Positions 18,384 through 30,690 of a stretch of 64,000 nucleotides of DNA are shown here, in pieces; positions within the stretch are counted from its first letter, which is position 1; each line of letters starts with the position of its first letter. A program made the translations under genes and the position numbers. This DNA is from Gemmatimonadota bacterium (GTDB lineage: Bacteria; Gemmatimonadota; Gemmatimonadetes; Palauibacterales; Palauibacteraceae), in contig OZ242312.1 of assembly GCA_965207805.1 (NCBI GenBank), positions 1,471,580 through 1,535,579 on the forward strand, given 5' to 3'. The notes below the pieces were generated by a model. The model ran no database searches, was not told the origin of the DNA, and worked only from the letters and a program-made list of their open reading frames with translations.

Positions 18384-21300
18384 ATGATCGATTTTCCGCG
18401 AAACCGCAGTGCCGGTTCGTCCGAGTTCGACTGGATTCAGATCAAGCTCGCCTCGCCGGAGGAAATCCGTTCCTGGAGCCACGGAGAGGTCACGAAGCCG
18501 GAGACGATCAACTATCGGTCGTTCAAGCCGGAGCGCGACGGCCTGTTCTGCGAGCGCATCTTCGGACCGGTCAAGGACTGGGAGTGCCACTGCGGTAAAT
18601 TCAAGCGGATCCGATACCGCGGCCACATATGTGACAAGTGCGGGGTCGAGGTCACGCTCTCCAAGGTTCGCCGCGAGCGGATGGGTCACATCGAACTCGC
18701 CGTGCCCGTGGCCCATATCTGGTTCTTCAAGACGCTTCCTTCCCAGATGGGCTACCTGCTCGGGATGAAGCTGCGGGATCTCGAAAAGGTCATCTACTAC
18801 GCCGCGCACGTCGTCACCGAGCCCGGCCGACAGGAGGTCGAGTTCAAGCAGGTCCTGGAAGAGGATGAGTACTGGGAGCTGACGGACAAGGCGCGCGAGG
18901 AGGGAGATACCGAATTCCGTGCCGAAATCGGGGCGGAAGGGATCCGGACGCTGCTGGGACAGCTCGACGTCGACGAACTCGCCGAGCAGCTGCGCTACGA
19001 GGTCGTGCACGAGACCTCGAAGCACCGGAAGAAGAAGAAGCTCAAGCGACTCAAGGTCATCGACGCGATCCGCAACAGCGACGACGAAGTCTCCAAGCGC
19101 AATAGCCCTGAGCACATGATCATGGATGTGATTCCGGTGATCCCGCCGGATCTGCGTCCCCTCGTTCCGCTCGATGGCGGACGGTTCGCGACGTCGGACC
19201 TCAACGACCTCTACCGTCGCGTGATCAATCGGAACAACCGGCTCAAGAAGCTGCTGGAAATGCGCGCGCCGGAGGTGATCCTGCGCAACGAGAAGCGCAT
19301 GCTCCAGGAGGCGGTGGATGCGCTGTTCGACAACGGGCGCCGCGGCAAGGCGATTCGCGGAAGGGGCAAGCGGCCGCTCAAGTCCCTGTCGGACATGCTC
19401 AAGGGCAAGCAGGGCCGGTTCCGGCAGAATCTGCTCGGAAAGCGCGTCGACTATTCCGGCCGGTCGGTCATCGTCGTGGGTCCGGAACTCCGGCTGCACC
19501 AGTGCGGGCTGCCGAAGAAGATGGCCGTCGAGCTGTTCAAGCCGTTCATCATCCATGAACTCGAGCGGCGGCTGCACGCCGAGACGGTGAAGCGGGCCAA
19601 GAAGCTCGTCGAACTCGACGACCCGACGGTCTACGAGGTCCTCGAGGACATCATCAAGGATCACCCGGTACTCCTGAACCGGGCCCCGACGCTTCACCGG
19701 CTGGGGATCCAGGCCTTCGAGCCGGTGCTCGTGGAGGGGAAGGCCATCCGCATTCACCCGCTCGTGTGCGCCGCGTTCAACGCGGACTTCGACGGCGACC
19801 AGATGGCGGTTCACGTGCCGCTGTCGTTCGAATCGCAGCTCGAGGCGCGGATCCTCATGCTGTCGAGCAACAACATCCTGAAGCCCGCAAACGGCCGGCC
19901 GATCGCGTCGCCGTCGCAGGACATGGTCCTCGGCTGCTACTACATGACGAAGGTCCGGCCGGACTTCGACGAATACGAGGCGGGAGGATCGGATCTCCCT
20001 CACTTCGCGAACGCGGCCCAGGTTGAAATGGCGCTCGAAGCGGGATATCTGCGCTCGCCGGCGGGGACGCCGGACTACCACCTGCCGATTCGGCTGCTCA
20101 TCGACGAAGAGGCCGACGACGGCCAGGTCGAGCGGAGGTGGGTCGTGACCAGCGTCGGACGCGCCCTCTTCAACGCGATTCTGCCCTCCCGGGTGCCGTA
20201 CGTGAACGAGACGCTGGGCAAGGGTGCGTTGGGAGACCTGGTCTTCCGGTCGTTCCGGCTCGCGGGACTCGAGGACACGACGGCGTTCCTCGATCAACTC
20301 AAGGACTTCGGTTTCCGCAACGCGACGAAGGCCGGCGTTTCCATCGGACTCGACGACATGGAAATCCCGGCCGAAAAGCAGGAGATCCTCGGAGAAGCCC
20401 AGGAGGACGTGAACCGGTTCACGAAGGCGTATCACCGGGGCGTGATCTCCTTCGGGGAACGGTACAACAAGGTGATCGATGCCTGGACCCACGCGAACAA
20501 CGACGTCGCCGACGCGATGGTCCGCGGACTCCAGCAATCGAGACACGGCTTCAATCCGATCTTCATGATGTTCGATTCGGGGGCCCGGGGTTCCCGCGAC
20601 CAGATCCGGCAGCTCGCGGGGATGCGGGGTCTGATGGCCAAGCCCCAGAAGAAGTTGACCGGCGGCATCGGCGAGATCATCGAGAGCCCGATCCGCTCCA
20701 ACTTCAGGGAGGGCCTCAGCGTGCTCGAGTACTTCATCTCGACGCACGGCGCGCGGAAGGGGCTCGCCGACACCGCCCTCAAGACGGCGGACGCCGGCTA
20801 CCTCACGCGCCGGCTCGTCGATGTGGCGCAGGATGTCACGATCATCGAGGAGGACTGCAACACGATCCTCGGGCTTGACGTCACGGCGCTCAAGGAGGGC
20901 GAGGACATCATCGAGCCGCTGTCGGATCGCGTCGCCGGCAACATCGCTGCGGAAGCCGTGATCGACCCCATCGACGACGAAGTCATCGTCGAGTCCGGGG
21001 ACATGATCACGGAGGCTCGGGCACGGGCCATCGATGAGAGCGGTGTCCAGCAGGTTCGCATCCGCTCGGTCCTCACGTGCGAGTCCCGGCGGGGCATCTG
21101 TCAGCAGTGCTACGGGCGCAACCTCGCCACGATGGAACTCGTCGATCTCGGTGAGGCGGCGGGAATCCTCGCTGCGCAGTCGATCGGCGAGCCGGGGACG
21201 CAGCTCACGCTCAGAACCTTCCACATCGGAGGGACGGCGGCACGGATCGCGGCGCAGACCCAGCGGCGCTCCAAGCTCGAAGGCCGGATCGCATTCGAGC

Positions 21301-22640
21301 GCGTGACGACCGTCACGAGTCCGTCGGGCGATACGATCGTCACAAGCCGTGAGGGCGAACTCCTCATGAAGACGCCGGACGACCGCATCCTGTCGCGGCT
21401 CGCCATCCCCTACGGCGCGACGCTCTTCGTGGAGGACGACACCGACGTGGGGCACGGGGATCTGCTCTTCGGCTGGGACCCCTACTCCGAACCCATCGTG
21501 GCAGACAAGAAGGGGAAGATCCGGTTCACGGACATCGTGCCCGAAGAGACGGTTCGCGAGGAACTCGACGAAGCGACAGGGCGGCGTCAGCAGGTCATCA
21601 TCGACGACCGGGAGAAGAAGCTCCACCCCGTCATCAACATCGTGACCGGCAAGGGCGCCAAGCTGCGCGAGTTCATCGTACCGGTCGGCACGCAGCTGCT
21701 CGTGCAGGATGGACAGGCCGTCAACGCGGGGGAGACGCTCGCCAAGATCAGCCGCGAGGCCTACAAGACTCGCGACATCACGGGTGGATTGCCACGCGTC
21801 GCCGAGCTGTTCGAGGCGCGGAGGCCGAAGGATCCCGCGACGATTACGGAAGTCGATGGGCGCGTCTCGTTCGGCGGGATCAAGCGCGGGAAGCGCGAGA
21901 TCATCGTGACCATGGACGACGGCGAGGAGATGGTCTACCAGATCCCCGTCGGCAAGCACCTTCGCGTGCACGAGGGAGATCTCGTGCGTGCCGGAGACCG
22001 GCTCTCCGAGGGTCCGGTGAATCCGCACGACATCCTGCGTGTCCGGGGACCCCGAGCGGTGCAGGAGTACCTGCTCAACGAAATCCAGGAGGTCTACCGC
22101 CTGCAAGGCGTACGGATCAACGACAAGCACATCGCGGTGATCGTGCGTCAGATGCTGCAGAAGGTCCGTATCACGGATCCGGGCGGCACGGAATTCCTCG
22201 AAGGAGAGCATGTGGATCGGATGGAGTTCCGCGACGCGACGCGCGAGGTTCTCGAGGGTGGAGGCAAGCCCCCGCGGGCTGAGCCGATCCTGCTTGGGAT
22301 CACGAAGTCGAGCCTCACCACGGAGTCCTTCATCAGCGCGGCCTCCTTCCAGGAGACCACGCGTGTGCTTACCGATGCCGCCGTGCGTGGAGCGAAGGAC
22401 CGCCTCAGAGGGCTCAAGGAGAACATCATCATCGGGCACCTGGTTCCGGCAGGTACGGGGACGCACCGATTCTCCGACATCGAATTCCTCGTGGATGACG
22501 CGCTGAAGGCGCAGATCGACTCCATGCGACGCAGGGTCGTGCCCGAGGAGATGCCCCGGAGCCTCTTCTCGGACCTCCGGGACCAGGCTGAGGAAGACGA
22601 GGCCGCCGTGGCGGAGGAGGGCGCGGTCATGACGACCTGA
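18384..22640 (+). CDS. rpoC: DNA-directed RNA polymerase subunit beta'
   Basis: 1418 aa with the zinc-binding [23 protein letters not shown] segment and the catalytic NADFDGDQM motif. Confidence 0.98.
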   Translation: MIDFPRNRSAGSSEFDWIQIKLASPEEIRSWSHGEVTKPETINYRSFKPERDGLFCERIFGPVKDWECHCGKFKRIRYRGHICDKCGVEVTLSKVRRERMGHIELAVPVAHIWFFKTLPSQMGYLLGMKLRDLEKVIYYAAHVVTEPGRQEVEFKQVLEEDEYWELTDKAREEGDTEFRAEIGAEGIRTLLGQLDVDELAEQLRYEVVHETSKHRKKKKLKRLKVIDAIRNSDDEVSKRNSPEHMIMDVIPVIPPDLRPLVPLDGGRFATSDLNDLYRRVINRNNRLKKLLEMRAPEVILRNEKRMLQEAVDALFDNGRRGKAIRGRGKRPLKSLSDMLKGKQGRFRQNLLGKRVDYSGRSVIVVGPELRLHQCGLPKKMAVELFKPFIIHELERRLHAETVKRAKKLVELDDPTVYEVLEDIIKDHPVLLNRAPTLHRLGIQAFEPVLVEGKAIRIHPLVCAAFNADFDGDQMAVHVPLSFESQLEARILMLSSNNILKPANGRPIASPSQDMVLGCYYMTKVRPDFDEYEAGGSDLPHFANAAQVEMALEAGYLRSPAGTPDYHLPIRLLIDEEADDGQVERRWVVTSVGRALFNAILPSRVPYVNETLGKGALGDLVFRSFRLAGLEDTTAFLDQLKDFGFRNATKAGVSIGLDDMEIPAEKQEILGEAQEDVNRFTKAYHRGVISFGERYNKVIDAWTHANNDVADAMVRGLQQSRHGFNPIFMMFDSGARGSRDQIRQLAGMRGLMAKPQKKLTGGIGEIIESPIRSNFREGLSVLEYFISTHGARKGLADTALKTADAGYLTRRLVDVAQDVTIIEEDCNTILGLDVTALKEGEDIIEPLSDRVAGNIAAEAVIDPIDDEVIVESGDMITEARARAIDESGVQQVRIRSVLTCESRRGICQQCYGRNLATMELVDLGEAAGILAAQSIGEPGTQLTLRTFHIGGTAARIAAQTQRRSKLEGRIAFERVTTVTSPSGDTIVTSREGELLMKTPDDRILSRLAIPYGATLFVEDDTDVGHGDLLFGWDPYSEPIVADKKGKIRFTDIVPEETVREELDEATGRRQQVIIDDREKKLHPVINIVTGKGAKLREFIVPVGTQLLVQDGQAVNAGETLAKISREAYKTRDITGGLPRVAELFEARRPKDPATITEVDGRVSFGGIKRGKREIIVTMDDGEEMVYQIPVGKHLRVHEGDLVRAGDRLSEGPVNPHDILRVRGPRAVQEYLLNEIQEVYRLQGVRINDKHIAVIVRQMLQKVRITDPGGTEFLEGEHVDRMEFRDATREVLEGGGKPPRAEPILLGITKSSLTTESFISAASFQETTRVLTDAAVRGAKDRLRGLKENIIIGHLVPAGTGTHRFSDIEFLVDDALKAQIDSMRRRVVPEEMPRSLFSDLRDQAEEDEAAVAEEGAVMTT

Positions 22641-22661
22641 CGTCCGTCCGACCCCGAAGCG

Positions 22662-22692
22662 GGGGGTGCGTTTACGGGATCTTCGCACCCCC
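22662..22692 (+). terminator. GC-rich hairpin 22 nt after the rpoC stop (no U tract)
   Basis: 9-bp stem GGGGGTGCG/CGCACCCCC with a 13-nt loop. Confidence 0.3.
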
Positions 22693-22711
22693 TCTCCGCG
22701 ACGGAAGTTGC

Positions 22712-22740
22712 TTGACACCGAGAGGCCTCAAGACTACTCT
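22712..22740 (+). promoter_or_regulatory. candidate sigma70-type promoter upstream of rpsL
   Basis: TTGACA (22712-22717), a 17-nt spacer, then TACTCT (22735-22740). The -35 is an exact consensus match, the spacing is optimal, and the -10 keeps T1, A2 and T6. Confidence 0.45.
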
Positions 22741-22775
22741 TTCTTGTCTGTCGACCGACCGGTCGGCAGTCGCCG

Positions 22776-22808
22776 CGGGGGCGGTTCGGATCCGTCCCCG
22801 ATTTTTTT
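22776..22808 (+). terminator. canonical intrinsic terminator or attenuator in the rpoC-rpsL spacer
   Basis: 9-bp stem CGGGGGCGG/CCGTCCCCG (one G-U pair), 7-nt loop TTCGGAT, then A plus T7 (22802-22808). It lies 71 nt upstream of the rpsL ATG. Confidence 0.6.
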
Positions 22809-22879
22809 ACCCCCAACGGCCGGCCCCCGAGTTCGGTGATCGGCGCACCGGTGCGGCCGAAGGGAGCGATGGAGCGGGA

Positions 22880-23251
22880 ATGCCGACCATCAATCAGCTG
22901 GTCCGCAAGGGCCGCAGGAAGGTCCAGAAGAAGAGCAAGGCGCCGGCGCTGGAGGGGAACCCCCAGAAGCGCGGCGTGTGCACGCGAGTGTACACCACGA
23001 CGCCGAAGAAGCCGAATTCGGCGCTGCGGAAGGTCGCCCGCGTGCGACTCACGAACGGATACGAAGTCACCGCATATATCGGAGGCGAAGGCCACAACCT
23101 TCAGGAACACAGCATCGTGCTGATCCGGGGCGGACGAGTGAAGGACCTGCCGGGGGTGCGTTATCACATCATCCGCGGGACCCTCGACGCGTCGGGCGTG
23201 GACGACAGGAACCAGGGCCGGTCGAAGTACGGTTCGAAGAAGAGAAAATAG
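22880..23251 (+). CDS. rpsL: 30S ribosomal protein S12
   Basis: The ATG at 22880 gives [12 protein letters not shown].... The TPKKPNSA and [13 protein letters not shown] motifs are unaltered (streptomycin-sensitive type). The track start at 22712 is upstream read-through. Confidence 0.98.
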   Translation: MPTINQLVRKGRRKVQKKSKAPALEGNPQKRGVCTRVYTTTPKKPNSALRKVARVRLTNGYEVTAYIGGEGHNLQEHSIVLIRGGRVKDLPGVRYHIIRGTLDASGVDDRNQGRSKYGSKKRK

Positions 23252-23370
23252 CTCGGGATCTTTCGGAAATTCGAGCGGGCCGAACACCGTTGGGCCCGGC
23301 CTCGGAGTCCGTGGCCGGGCTTTATTGCGAAGTCTCCGGATGAACCCGGAGCCGGATATGGCGAAACGAG

Positions 23371-23841
23371 ATGCCACGACGAAACCGTGCCGAACAGCGT
23401 GAGGTGATTCCGGACTCCCGATACGGGAGCACGGAGGTCACGAAGTTCATCAACATGCTGATGCTGGACGGGAAGAAGTCCCTCGCCGAGAAGATCTTCT
23501 ACGATGCGATGCAGAACATCGAAATGAAGACGGGACAGCCGGCGATGAACGTGTTCCGGCAGGCGCTGCAGAACGCGAAGCCCATCCTCGAGGTCCGCAG
23601 TCGGCGGGTAGGTGGCGCGACGTACCAGGTACCGATGGAAGTGTCGTACCGGCGGCGCGATTCACTCGCGCGCCGATGGCTCGTGCAGTACTCGCGTGCC
23701 CGCTCCGGCAAGACAATGGCGCAGCGGCTCGCCGGTGAACTGCTCGACGCCGCCCGCGGCGACGGGGGCGCGGTGAGGAAGAAGGAGGACGTGCACCGGA
23801 TGGCGGACGCGAACAAGGCGTTTGCGCACTACCGCTGGTAA
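23371..23841 (+). CDS. rpsG: 30S ribosomal protein S7
   Basis: 156 aa: MPRRNRAEQREVIPDSRYGS...ANKAFAHYRW. Confidence 0.98.
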   Translation: MPRRNRAEQREVIPDSRYGSTEVTKFINMLMLDGKKSLAEKIFYDAMQNIEMKTGQPAMNVFRQALQNAKPILEVRSRRVGGATYQVPMEVSYRRRDSLARRWLVQYSRARSGKTMAQRLAGELLDAARGDGGAVRKKEDVHRMADANKAFAHYRW

Positions 23842-23893
23842 TGAGTCCGTCCGGCACCCGAGGTTCGACAGATAGAGACCAATAGATCGACTC

Positions 23894-25990
23894 ATGGAGA
23901 GAAGAACGCCGCTCGAGCGGCTTCGGAATATCGGCATCATGGCGCACATCGATGCCGGAAAGACGACGACGACCGAACGGGTGCTGTTCTACACCGGCCG
24001 GACGCATCGCCTGGGCGAAGTGCATCATGGCGACGCGACGATGGACTGGATGGAGCAGGAGCAGGAACGCGGCATCACGATCACATCGGCCGCCACCACC
24101 TGTAACTGGACGCACGACGGCGAACCCTACCGCATCAACATCATCGACACGCCGGGGCACGTCGACTTCACGGTGGAAGTCGAGCGCAGCCTTCGCGTGC
24201 TCGACGGCGCCGTGGCCCTCTTCTGCGCCGTCGGCGGCGTGGAGCCGCAGTCCGAGACGGTATGGCGGCAGGCCGACAAGTACGGTGTCCCGCGCATCGC
24301 GTTCGTCAACAAGATGGACCGCGTGGGCGCCGACTTCATGAACGTCGTCCGGATGATGCGCGACCGTCTGGGTGCGAACGCGCATCCGCTTCAGATCCCT
24401 CTCGGCGAGGGTGAACTCTATACGGGCATGGTCGACCTCATTCGCGAGGTCAAGGTCGTCTACGACGATGAATCCCTGGGCGCGCGCTGGACCGAAGGCC
24501 CCGTGCCGGACGCCCTGGTGGACGAGGTGGCGGAGTTGCGGAGCGCCCTCATCGAGGCGGCGGTCGAGTACGACGAACCCATGCTCGAGAAGTACCTCGA
24601 AGGTGAGGAGCTCACCGAGGAGGAAATCCGCGGTGCCGTGCGAAAGGCGACGCTGGCCAACGGGATCACGCCGATCCTGTGTGGCTCCGCCTTCAAGAAC
24701 AAAGGCGTGCAGCGCCTGCTCGACGCCGTGATCGACTTCCTCCCCTCCCCCCTCGATGTCCCTCCCGTCACCGGCCACCTCCCGCAGCAGGATGAGACGG
24801 AGGTCGAGCGCACGGCCGACGAAGACGCGCCGTTTGCGGCCCTCGCGTTCAAGATCGCGACCGATCCGTACGTCGGACGTCTGACGTACTTCAGAGTGTA
24901 TTCAGGCACCGCGAAAGCCGGCTCGAAGGCGCTGAATTCATCCAGGGGGCGAAAGGAACGCTTCGGGCGGTTGCTCCAGATGCACGCGAACAAGCGCGAG
25001 GAGCGTGACGAAGTGTTCGCGGGCGACATCGCGGCCGCCATCGGACTCAAGCATACGCGGACGGGAGATACGCTCTCGTCGGCGACCGACCCGATCGTGC
25101 TCGAGTCGATGAGCTTTCCCGAGCCCGTGATCCGGGTGGCGATCGAGCCTCGGACGAAAGCGGATCAGGAAAAGTTGTCGGGGGCTCTCGCGAAGCTTGC
25201 CGAGGAAGACCCGACGTTCCGCGTCTACACCGACGAGGAGACGGGGCAGACGATCATCAGCGGGATGGGCGAACTCCATCTCGAGATCATCGTCGACCGG
25301 CTCCAGCGCGAGTTCAGGGTCAACGCGAACGTCGGCCGTCCGCAGGTGGCCTATCGCGAGACGATCCGCAAGGCCGTCCGCAAAGTGGAAGGTCGCTTCG
25401 TGCGGCAGTCCGGCGGCCGCGGGCAGTTCGGGCACGTGATCATCAACCTTGAGCCCACGGATCCCGGCGGCGGCTTCATCTTCGACTCCGAAATCCGAGG
25501 CGGAAATGTGCCCCGCGAGTATGTGCTCTCCGTGGAACAGGGGATTCGCGAGGCGCTGGATTCCGGGATCGTCGCCGGCTACCCGATCATCGACATCAAG
25601 GCCACGCTGATCGACGGCTCGTACCATGAGGTCGATTCCAGCGAGATGGCCTTCAAGATCGCGGGCTCGATCGCGCTCAAGGAAGGTGCGCGCAAGGCGC
25701 AGCCGGTACTGCTCGAGCCTGTCATGAACGTGGAAGTCGTTACACCCGACGACTATCTCGGGGACGTGATGGGCGACCTCTCGAGTCGGCGCGGCAAGAT
25801 CGGCGGCATGACGCAGCGTTCGTCGGCCCAGGTCGTCGGGGCGTCCGTGCCGCTCTCGGAGATGTTCGGCTACGCGACTTCCCTGCGCTCGATCAGCCAG
25901 GGACGCGCGGTCTACACCATGCAGTTTTCACACTACGAGGAAGTTCCGGGCTCCAAGACGGCGGAGATCGTCTCCGCCAACGGCTCGTAG
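23894..25990 (+). CDS. fusA: elongation factor G
   Basis: 698 aa with [24 protein letters not shown] and DTPGHVDF. Confidence 0.98.
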   Translation: MERRTPLERLRNIGIMAHIDAGKTTTTERVLFYTGRTHRLGEVHHGDATMDWMEQEQERGITITSAATTCNWTHDGEPYRINIIDTPGHVDFTVEVERSLRVLDGAVALFCAVGGVEPQSETVWRQADKYGVPRIAFVNKMDRVGADFMNVVRMMRDRLGANAHPLQIPLGEGELYTGMVDLIREVKVVYDDESLGARWTEGPVPDALVDEVAELRSALIEAAVEYDEPMLEKYLEGEELTEEEIRGAVRKATLANGITPILCGSAFKNKGVQRLLDAVIDFLPSPLDVPPVTGHLPQQDETEVERTADEDAPFAALAFKIATDPYVGRLTYFRVYSGTAKAGSKALNSSRGRKERFGRLLQMHANKREERDEVFAGDIAAAIGLKHTRTGDTLSSATDPIVLESMSFPEPVIRVAIEPRTKADQEKLSGALAKLAEEDPTFRVYTDEETGQTIISGMGELHLEIIVDRLQREFRVNANVGRPQVAYRETIRKAVRKVEGRFVRQSGGRGQFGHVIINLEPTDPGGGFIFDSEIRGGNVPREYVLSVEQGIREALDSGIVAGYPIIDIKATLIDGSYHEVDSSEMAFKIAGSIALKEGARKAQPVLLEPVMNVEVVTPDDYLGDVMGDLSSRRGKIGGMTQRSSAQVVGASVPLSEMFGYATSLRSISQGRAVYTMQFSHYEEVPGSKTAEIVSANGS

Positions 25991-26032
25991 CCGGCGAGGA
26001 GCCGGTCCGCGAGCAGGTCGCAGACGAGACAC

Positions 26033-27242
26033 AGGAGAACGAGGGGCGATGGCGAAGGAAAAGTTCGAGCGAACGAAGCCGCACGTGAACGTGGGAACGA
26101 TCGGTCACGTGGACCACGGGAAGACGACGCTGACGGCGGCGATCACGCAGGTGCAGGCTCAGAAGGGATACGGGGAGTACGTGGCTTTCGACCAGATCGA
26201 CAAGGCTCCCGAGGAGCGCGAGCGCGGGATCACGATCGCGACGGCTCACGTGGAGTACGAGTCGGAGGGGCGTCACTACGCGCACGTGGACTGTCCGGGC
26301 CACGCGGACTACGTGAAGAACATGATCACGGGCGCGGCTCAGATGGACGGCGCGATCGTGGTGGTGTCGGCGGCGGACGGTCCGATGCCGCAGACGCGGG
26401 AGCACATTTTGCTGGCCCGGCAGGTGAACGTGCCGTACATCGTGGTGTTTTTGAACAAGGTGGACCAGGTCGATGACGAGGAGTTGCTGGACCTGGTGGA
26501 GCTGGAGGTTCGGGAACTGCTGAGCGAGTACGAGTTTCCGGGCGATGACGTGCCTGTGGTACGGGGCTCTGCGCTTCATGCGTTGGAGAGCGGGGACCCG
26601 GAGGCGGGGGAGACGGCGTGCATCGGGGAGTTGATGGAGGCGTTGGACAGCTACATCCCGGTTCCGGAGCGAGCGACGGACAAGCCGTTTTTGATGCCTG
26701 TGGAGGACGTGTTCACGATCACGGGCCGCGGGACGGTGGTGACGGGCCGGATCGAGCGGGGGGTGGTCAAGACGGGCGAGGGCGTGGAGTTGGTGGGCCT
26801 GGGCTCGGAGAAGAAGACGGTGGTGACGGGAGTGGAGATGTTCCGGAAGATCCTGGACGAGGGCCAGGCGGGAGACAACGCGGGGCTTCTGCTGCGCGGG
26901 GTGGCGAAGACGGAGGTGGAGCGCGGGATGGTGGTCGCGCACCCTCAGTCGATCACTCCTCACCGGAAGTTTTCGGCGGAGGTGTACGTGCTGACGAAGA
27001 ACGAGGGGGGACGGCATACGCCGTTCTTCAACGGATACCGTCCCCAGTTCTACTTCCGGACGACGGACGTGACGGGCTCGGCGGAGCTGCCCGAAGGGGT
27101 GGAGATGGTGATGCCGGGGGACAATGTGAACATGGCGGTGGAGCTGATCGCGCCGATCGCGATGGAGGAGAACCTCCGGTTCGCGATCCGCGAGGGAGGC
27201 CGGACGGTGGGCGCCGGGGTCGTCACCGCCATCCACGACTAG
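26033..27242 (+). repeat. 1210-bp direct repeat, copy 2 (partner at 9305-10514)
   Basis: See copy 1. The flanks differ immediately outside the repeat: C versus G at the 5' side and C versus G after the TAG. Confidence 0.9.
26049..27242 (+). CDS. tuf: elongation factor Tu (copy 2, str-operon position)
   Basis: The 397-aa translation is identical to copy 1. Confidence 0.98.
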   Translation: MAKEKFERTKPHVNVGTIGHVDHGKTTLTAAITQVQAQKGYGEYVAFDQIDKAPEERERGITIATAHVEYESEGRHYAHVDCPGHADYVKNMITGAAQMDGAIVVVSAADGPMPQTREHILLARQVNVPYIVVFLNKVDQVDDEELLDLVELEVRELLSEYEFPGDDVPVVRGSALHALESGDPEAGETACIGELMEALDSYIPVPERATDKPFLMPVEDVFTITGRGTVVTGRIERGVVKTGEGVELVGLGSEKKTVVTGVEMFRKILDEGQAGDNAGLLLRGVAKTEVERGMVVAHPQSITPHRKFSAEVYVLTKNEGGRHTPFFNGYRPQFYFRTTDVTGSAELPEGVEMVMPGDNVNMAVELIAPIAMEENLRFAIREGGRTVGAGVVTAIHD

Positions 27243-27276
27243 CGGACAGCCCCGGAAAACGAGACGGCGCACAGAT

Positions 27277-27585
27277 ATGGCGCAGAAGATTCGGATTCGG
27301 CTGAAGGCCTTCGATCCAGCCGTGATCGACCAGACGGCGGCGGACATCGTTCGGACCGCGCAGAAGACCGGTGCGTCCGTCAGCGGGCCGATCCCGCTTC
27401 CGACGCGCCGCCAGTTGTTCACGGTCCTGCGGAGCCCGCACGTGGACAAGAAGTCGCGGGAACAGTTCGAACTGAAGACGCACAAGCGGCTCATCGATAT
27501 CCATGACTCCCGTCCACAGACGATCGACGCGCTGACGAAGCTGGATCTCGCGGCCGGCGTCGATGTGGAAATCAAAGTCGAGTAG
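27277..27585 (+). CDS. rpsJ: 30S ribosomal protein S10
   Basis: [13 protein letters not shown]...; 102 aa. Confidence 0.98.
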   Translation: MAQKIRIRLKAFDPAVIDQTAADIVRTAQKTGASVSGPIPLPTRRQLFTVLRSPHVDKKSREQFELKTHKRLIDIHDSRPQTIDALTKLDLAAGVDVEIKVE

Positions 27586-27589
27586 CGAG

Positions 27590-28213
27590 ATGCCCGGGTT
27601 GATCGGCCGCAAAATCGGCATGACGCAGATCTTCGACGACGACGGGAAGGCCGTCGGTGTCACCGTGCTGGAAGTCGGACCCTGTCCGGTAGTCCAGATC
27701 AAGACCGCCGAGCGCGACGGATACGATGCCGTGCAGCTGGGCTTCGGTCGCGTGAAGGAGGGGCGCGAGCGGAAGCCGGCCGCAGGCCACGCCGCGCGCG
27801 CCGGACTCGACTACGTACCGCGCGTCCTCGCGGAGTTCGACTTCGAAGGCGAGAAGCTCGAGCTGGGCCAGGAACTCACGGTCGGCATGTTCGATGTCGG
27901 ATCGCGGGTGAACGTGACGGGAACGACCAAGGGTCGCGGGTTTCAGGGCGTGGTGAAGCGGCACGGCTTCGGCGGTGGTCGCGGCTCCCACGGCGGAACG
28001 TCCATTCTCAGGTCTCCCGGCTCGATCGGGGCCGGTACGGACCCGTCCCGTGTCATCAAGGGGCGGAAGATGGCGGGCCGCATGGGGGGGACGCAGCGCA
28101 TGGCGATGAGCCGGAAGATCATTCGGGTCGACGCCGAAAAGAACCTCCTGATCGTTCAGGGCTCCGTCCCGGGCGGACGAAACAACCTCGTCATGGTGAG
28201 GCCGGGCCGATGA
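27590..28213 (+). CDS. rplC: 50S ribosomal protein L3
   Basis: The ATG at 27590 gives [19 protein letters not shown]. The track start at 27563 lies inside rpsJ. Confidence 0.96.
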   Translation: MPGLIGRKIGMTQIFDDDGKAVGVTVLEVGPCPVVQIKTAERDGYDAVQLGFGRVKEGRERKPAAGHAARAGLDYVPRVLAEFDFEGEKLELGQELTVGMFDVGSRVNVTGTTKGRGFQGVVKRHGFGGGRGSHGGTSILRSPGSIGAGTDPSRVIKGRKMAGRMGGTQRMAMSRKIIRVDAEKNLLIVQGSVPGGRNNLVMVRPGR

Positions 28214-28845
28214 AAGTCGCGACGTACGGTTCCGACGGCACGGCGGGGGCCGAACGGGCCCTGCCCGAGACGCCCTTCGACGGTGTGGTCAATGAGGACG
28301 TGCTCCATCAGGTCGTCACCGCCGTGCTGGCCAACCGTCGACAGGGGACTGCGTCGACGAAGACCCGCTCCACCGTTCGCGGAGGGTCGCGGAAGCCCTG
28401 GCGGCAGAAGGGGACGGGACGTGCGCGCGCCGGCTCGATCCGGTCGGCGCTGTGGCGCGGCGGCTCGGTCGTCTTCGGCCCGCAGCCGCGCTCCTATCGC
28501 GTCCGCGTGCCGCGGCGGATCCGCCGGCTGGCGATCCGTTCCGCGCTCAACACGAGAGCCATGAACGGCGATCTCGCGCTCATCGAGCCTCTCGATTTCG
28601 ATCCGCCGAAGACCCGGCGCGTCGCCGCTTTGCTGGCCAGCATCGGCCGCGGTTCGGAGAACATTCTTTTCCTGACGGCGGGCCACAAACCCGACGTCCA
28701 CCTGTCGGCCAGAAACCTGCCCGGCGTGCGCGTGCTCCCATGGGGAGAGGCGTCGGCGTACGACATCCTCTGGTCCGACCTGGTACTCGTCGAGTCGTCG
28801 GTCTTCGATGCGGTGGGGGACTCCGCCGGGGAAGGTGACGCATGA
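28210..28845 (+). CDS. rplD: 50S ribosomal protein L4
   Basis: 211 aa with GGSRKPWRQKGTGRARAGSIRSALWRGGSVVFGP. ATGA overlap with rplC. Confidence 0.97.
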   Translation: MKVATYGSDGTAGAERALPETPFDGVVNEDVLHQVVTAVLANRRQGTASTKTRSTVRGGSRKPWRQKGTGRARAGSIRSALWRGGSVVFGPQPRSYRVRVPRRIRRLAIRSALNTRAMNGDLALIEPLDFDPPKTRRVAALLASIGRGSENILFLTAGHKPDVHLSARNLPGVRVLPWGEASAYDILWSDLVLVESSVFDAVGDSAGEGDA

Positions 28846-29198
28846 CGCGCCCGCCGAACGAGATCATCCTGCGTCCGCTCTTCACGGAGAAGACATCCAC
28901 GAGCCTCCAGTCCGAGGGGACGGACGGGGTAGGCCGGCGCCTGCAGGCACGGATCGACCTCGGCGAGGTGGAACCGCGTCCCAAATACACCTTCGAGGTG
29001 GCGCCGGACGCGAACAAGATCGAGATCCGCCGCGCCTTCGAGGCGATCTTCGAGGGAAGGCGGGTCACCTCCGTGCGCACGATGAACGTGCGGGGAAAGA
29101 AGAAGCGCATGGGGCGCACGATGGGCCGTCGGCCGCATTGGAAGAAGGCGATCATCGAAGTTGCGGATGGTCCCGTCGACGTGCTGGAGGGAGCCTGA
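28842..29198 (+). CDS. rplW: 50S ribosomal protein L23
   Basis: 118 aa with ...LRPLFTEKTS... and ...YTFEVAPDANKIEIRRAFEAIF.... It carries a short internal extension relative to the roughly 100-aa forms. Confidence 0.93.
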   Translation: MTRPPNEIILRPLFTEKTSTSLQSEGTDGVGRRLQARIDLGEVEPRPKYTFEVAPDANKIEIRRAFEAIFEGRRVTSVRTMNVRGKKKRMGRTMGRRPHWKKAIIEVADGPVDVLEGA

Positions 29199-29201
29199 TC
29201 G

Positions 29202-30041
29202 ATGCCGATTCGCAAATTCAAGCCGGTCACGGCAGCCTCTCGATACCGCAGCGTATCGACGTTCGAGGAGATCACCCGCAGCGAGCCGGAGAAGTCGCTG
29301 ACGGAGGATCTGCCGAAGAAGTCCGGCCGCAACCATCACGGACATATCACGAGCCGGAGGCGCGGGGGCGGCCACAAGCGGCGTTACCGGCGCATCGACT
29401 TCAAGCGCAGGAAGGACGGCGTGCCGGGCGTCATCGCGGAGATCGAATACGATCCGAATCGCTCGGCCCGCATCGCGCTCATCCACTACGCGGATGGGGA
29501 GAAGCGCTACATCCTCCACCCGCGTGGTCTCGGTGTGGGTGACACCATCCTCTCCGGGTCGGGGATCGATCCGAACGTGGGTAACTGCCTTCCACTGCGG
29601 GAGGTCCCGCTCGGGACGGTCGTACACGGCGTGGAGCTCGTGCCCGGCAAGGGCGCGCAGCTCGCCCGCTCGGCCGGCGCGTCGGTCCAGGTCGTCGCGA
29701 AGGAGCGGGGGACGGTCACGTTGCGGCTCCCCAGCACCGAGATGCGCATGGTGCCGGAATCGTGCCGGGCCACGGTCGGGCAGGTCGGCAATGTCGACCA
29801 CGAACTCATTCGAGCCGGGAAGGCGGGCCGCTCGAGGTGGAAGGGCCGGCGGCCCAAGGTGCGCGGCGTGGCGATGAATCCCGTGGACCATCCCCTCGGG
29901 GGTGGGGAGGGGCGCAGTTCCGGCGGCCGTCCACCCGTCTCGCCTTGGGGCAAGCCGGAGGGTCGCAAGACGAGGAAGAAGCACAAGCCGAGCGACAAGC
30001 AGATCGTGCGCGGCCGCAAGCGCGGCAGGGCCACGAAGTAG
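29202..30041 (+). CDS. rplB: 50S ribosomal protein L2
   Basis: 279 aa: [15 protein letters not shown]...[16 protein letters not shown]. Confidence 0.98.
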   Translation: MPIRKFKPVTAASRYRSVSTFEEITRSEPEKSLTEDLPKKSGRNHHGHITSRRRGGGHKRRYRRIDFKRRKDGVPGVIAEIEYDPNRSARIALIHYADGEKRYILHPRGLGVGDTILSGSGIDPNVGNCLPLREVPLGTVVHGVELVPGKGAQLARSAGASVQVVAKERGTVTLRLPSTEMRMVPESCRATVGQVGNVDHELIRAGKAGRSRWKGRRPKVRGVAMNPVDHPLGGGEGRSSGGRPPVSPWGKPEGRKTRKKHKPSDKQIVRGRKRGRATK

Positions 30042-30055
30042 GAGCGAGAGATCCG

Positions 30056-30340
30056 ATGCCGAGAAGCGTGAGGAAGGGACCGTACATCGATGAGAAGCTG
30101 CTGATGAAGGTGCAGCGGATGAACGATTCCGGAGACAAGTCGGTCATCAAGACGTGGGCCCGGGCTTCGACCATCAGCCCGGATTTCGTCGGACACACGC
30201 TTGCGGTGCACAACGGCAACAAGTTCATCCCGGTCTACGTGACGGAGAACATGGTGGGGCACAAGCTCGGAGAGTTCGCGACGACGCGAACATTCCGCGG
30301 GCACGCCGGTTCCGCGCGGGACCGGAGAGGCAGAGTCTGA
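30056..30340 (+). CDS. rpsS: 30S ribosomal protein S19
   Basis: The ATG at 30056 gives [16 protein letters not shown]...[13 protein letters not shown]. Confidence 0.97.
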   Translation: MPRSVRKGPYIDEKLLMKVQRMNDSGDKSVIKTWARASTISPDFVGHTLAVHNGNKFIPVYVTENMVGHKLGEFATTRTFRGHAGSARDRRGRV

Positions 30341-30690
30341 TGCAGGCGACAGCGAGGGCGAGGAACCTCGGCATGTCCGCCCGGAAGATGCGTCTGGTCA
30401 TCGACCAGATTCGCGGGCGAGACGTCAACGAGGCCTACGCGATCCTGCAATTCTCCAAGAAGAAGGCGGCGCGCTCGATCGGAAAGGTGCTCCGTTCGGC
30501 CGTCGCCAATGCCGTCTACAGGGCAGACGAGGGCGGCGAAACGCTGGACGTGGACGAACTCTACGTGCGCGAAGCATACGTGGACGAAGGCAGGACGCTT
30601 CGGCGCTGGCGGGCACGCGCCTACGGAAGAGCGACCCCCCGGCTCAAGCGGAGCAGTCACGTGACAGTCGTCGTGGACACGAGAGACTAA
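30340..30690 (+). CDS. rplV: 50S ribosomal protein L22
   Basis: The ATG at 30340 shares one base with the rpsS stop (TGATG) and gives [26 protein letters not shown]. Confidence 0.95.
   Translation: MQATARARNLGMSARKMRLVIDQIRGRDVNEAYAILQFSKKKAARSIGKVLRSAVANAVYRADEGGETLDVDELYVREAYVDEGRTLRRWRARAYGRATPRLKRSSHVTVVVDTRD

Noticed and set aside
18306-22718. 1470-aa ORF antisense to rpoC
   Set aside because: Same reasoning as for rpoB: an antisense high-GC artefact with Arg/Leu/Pro/Asp-biased composition and no domain signature.
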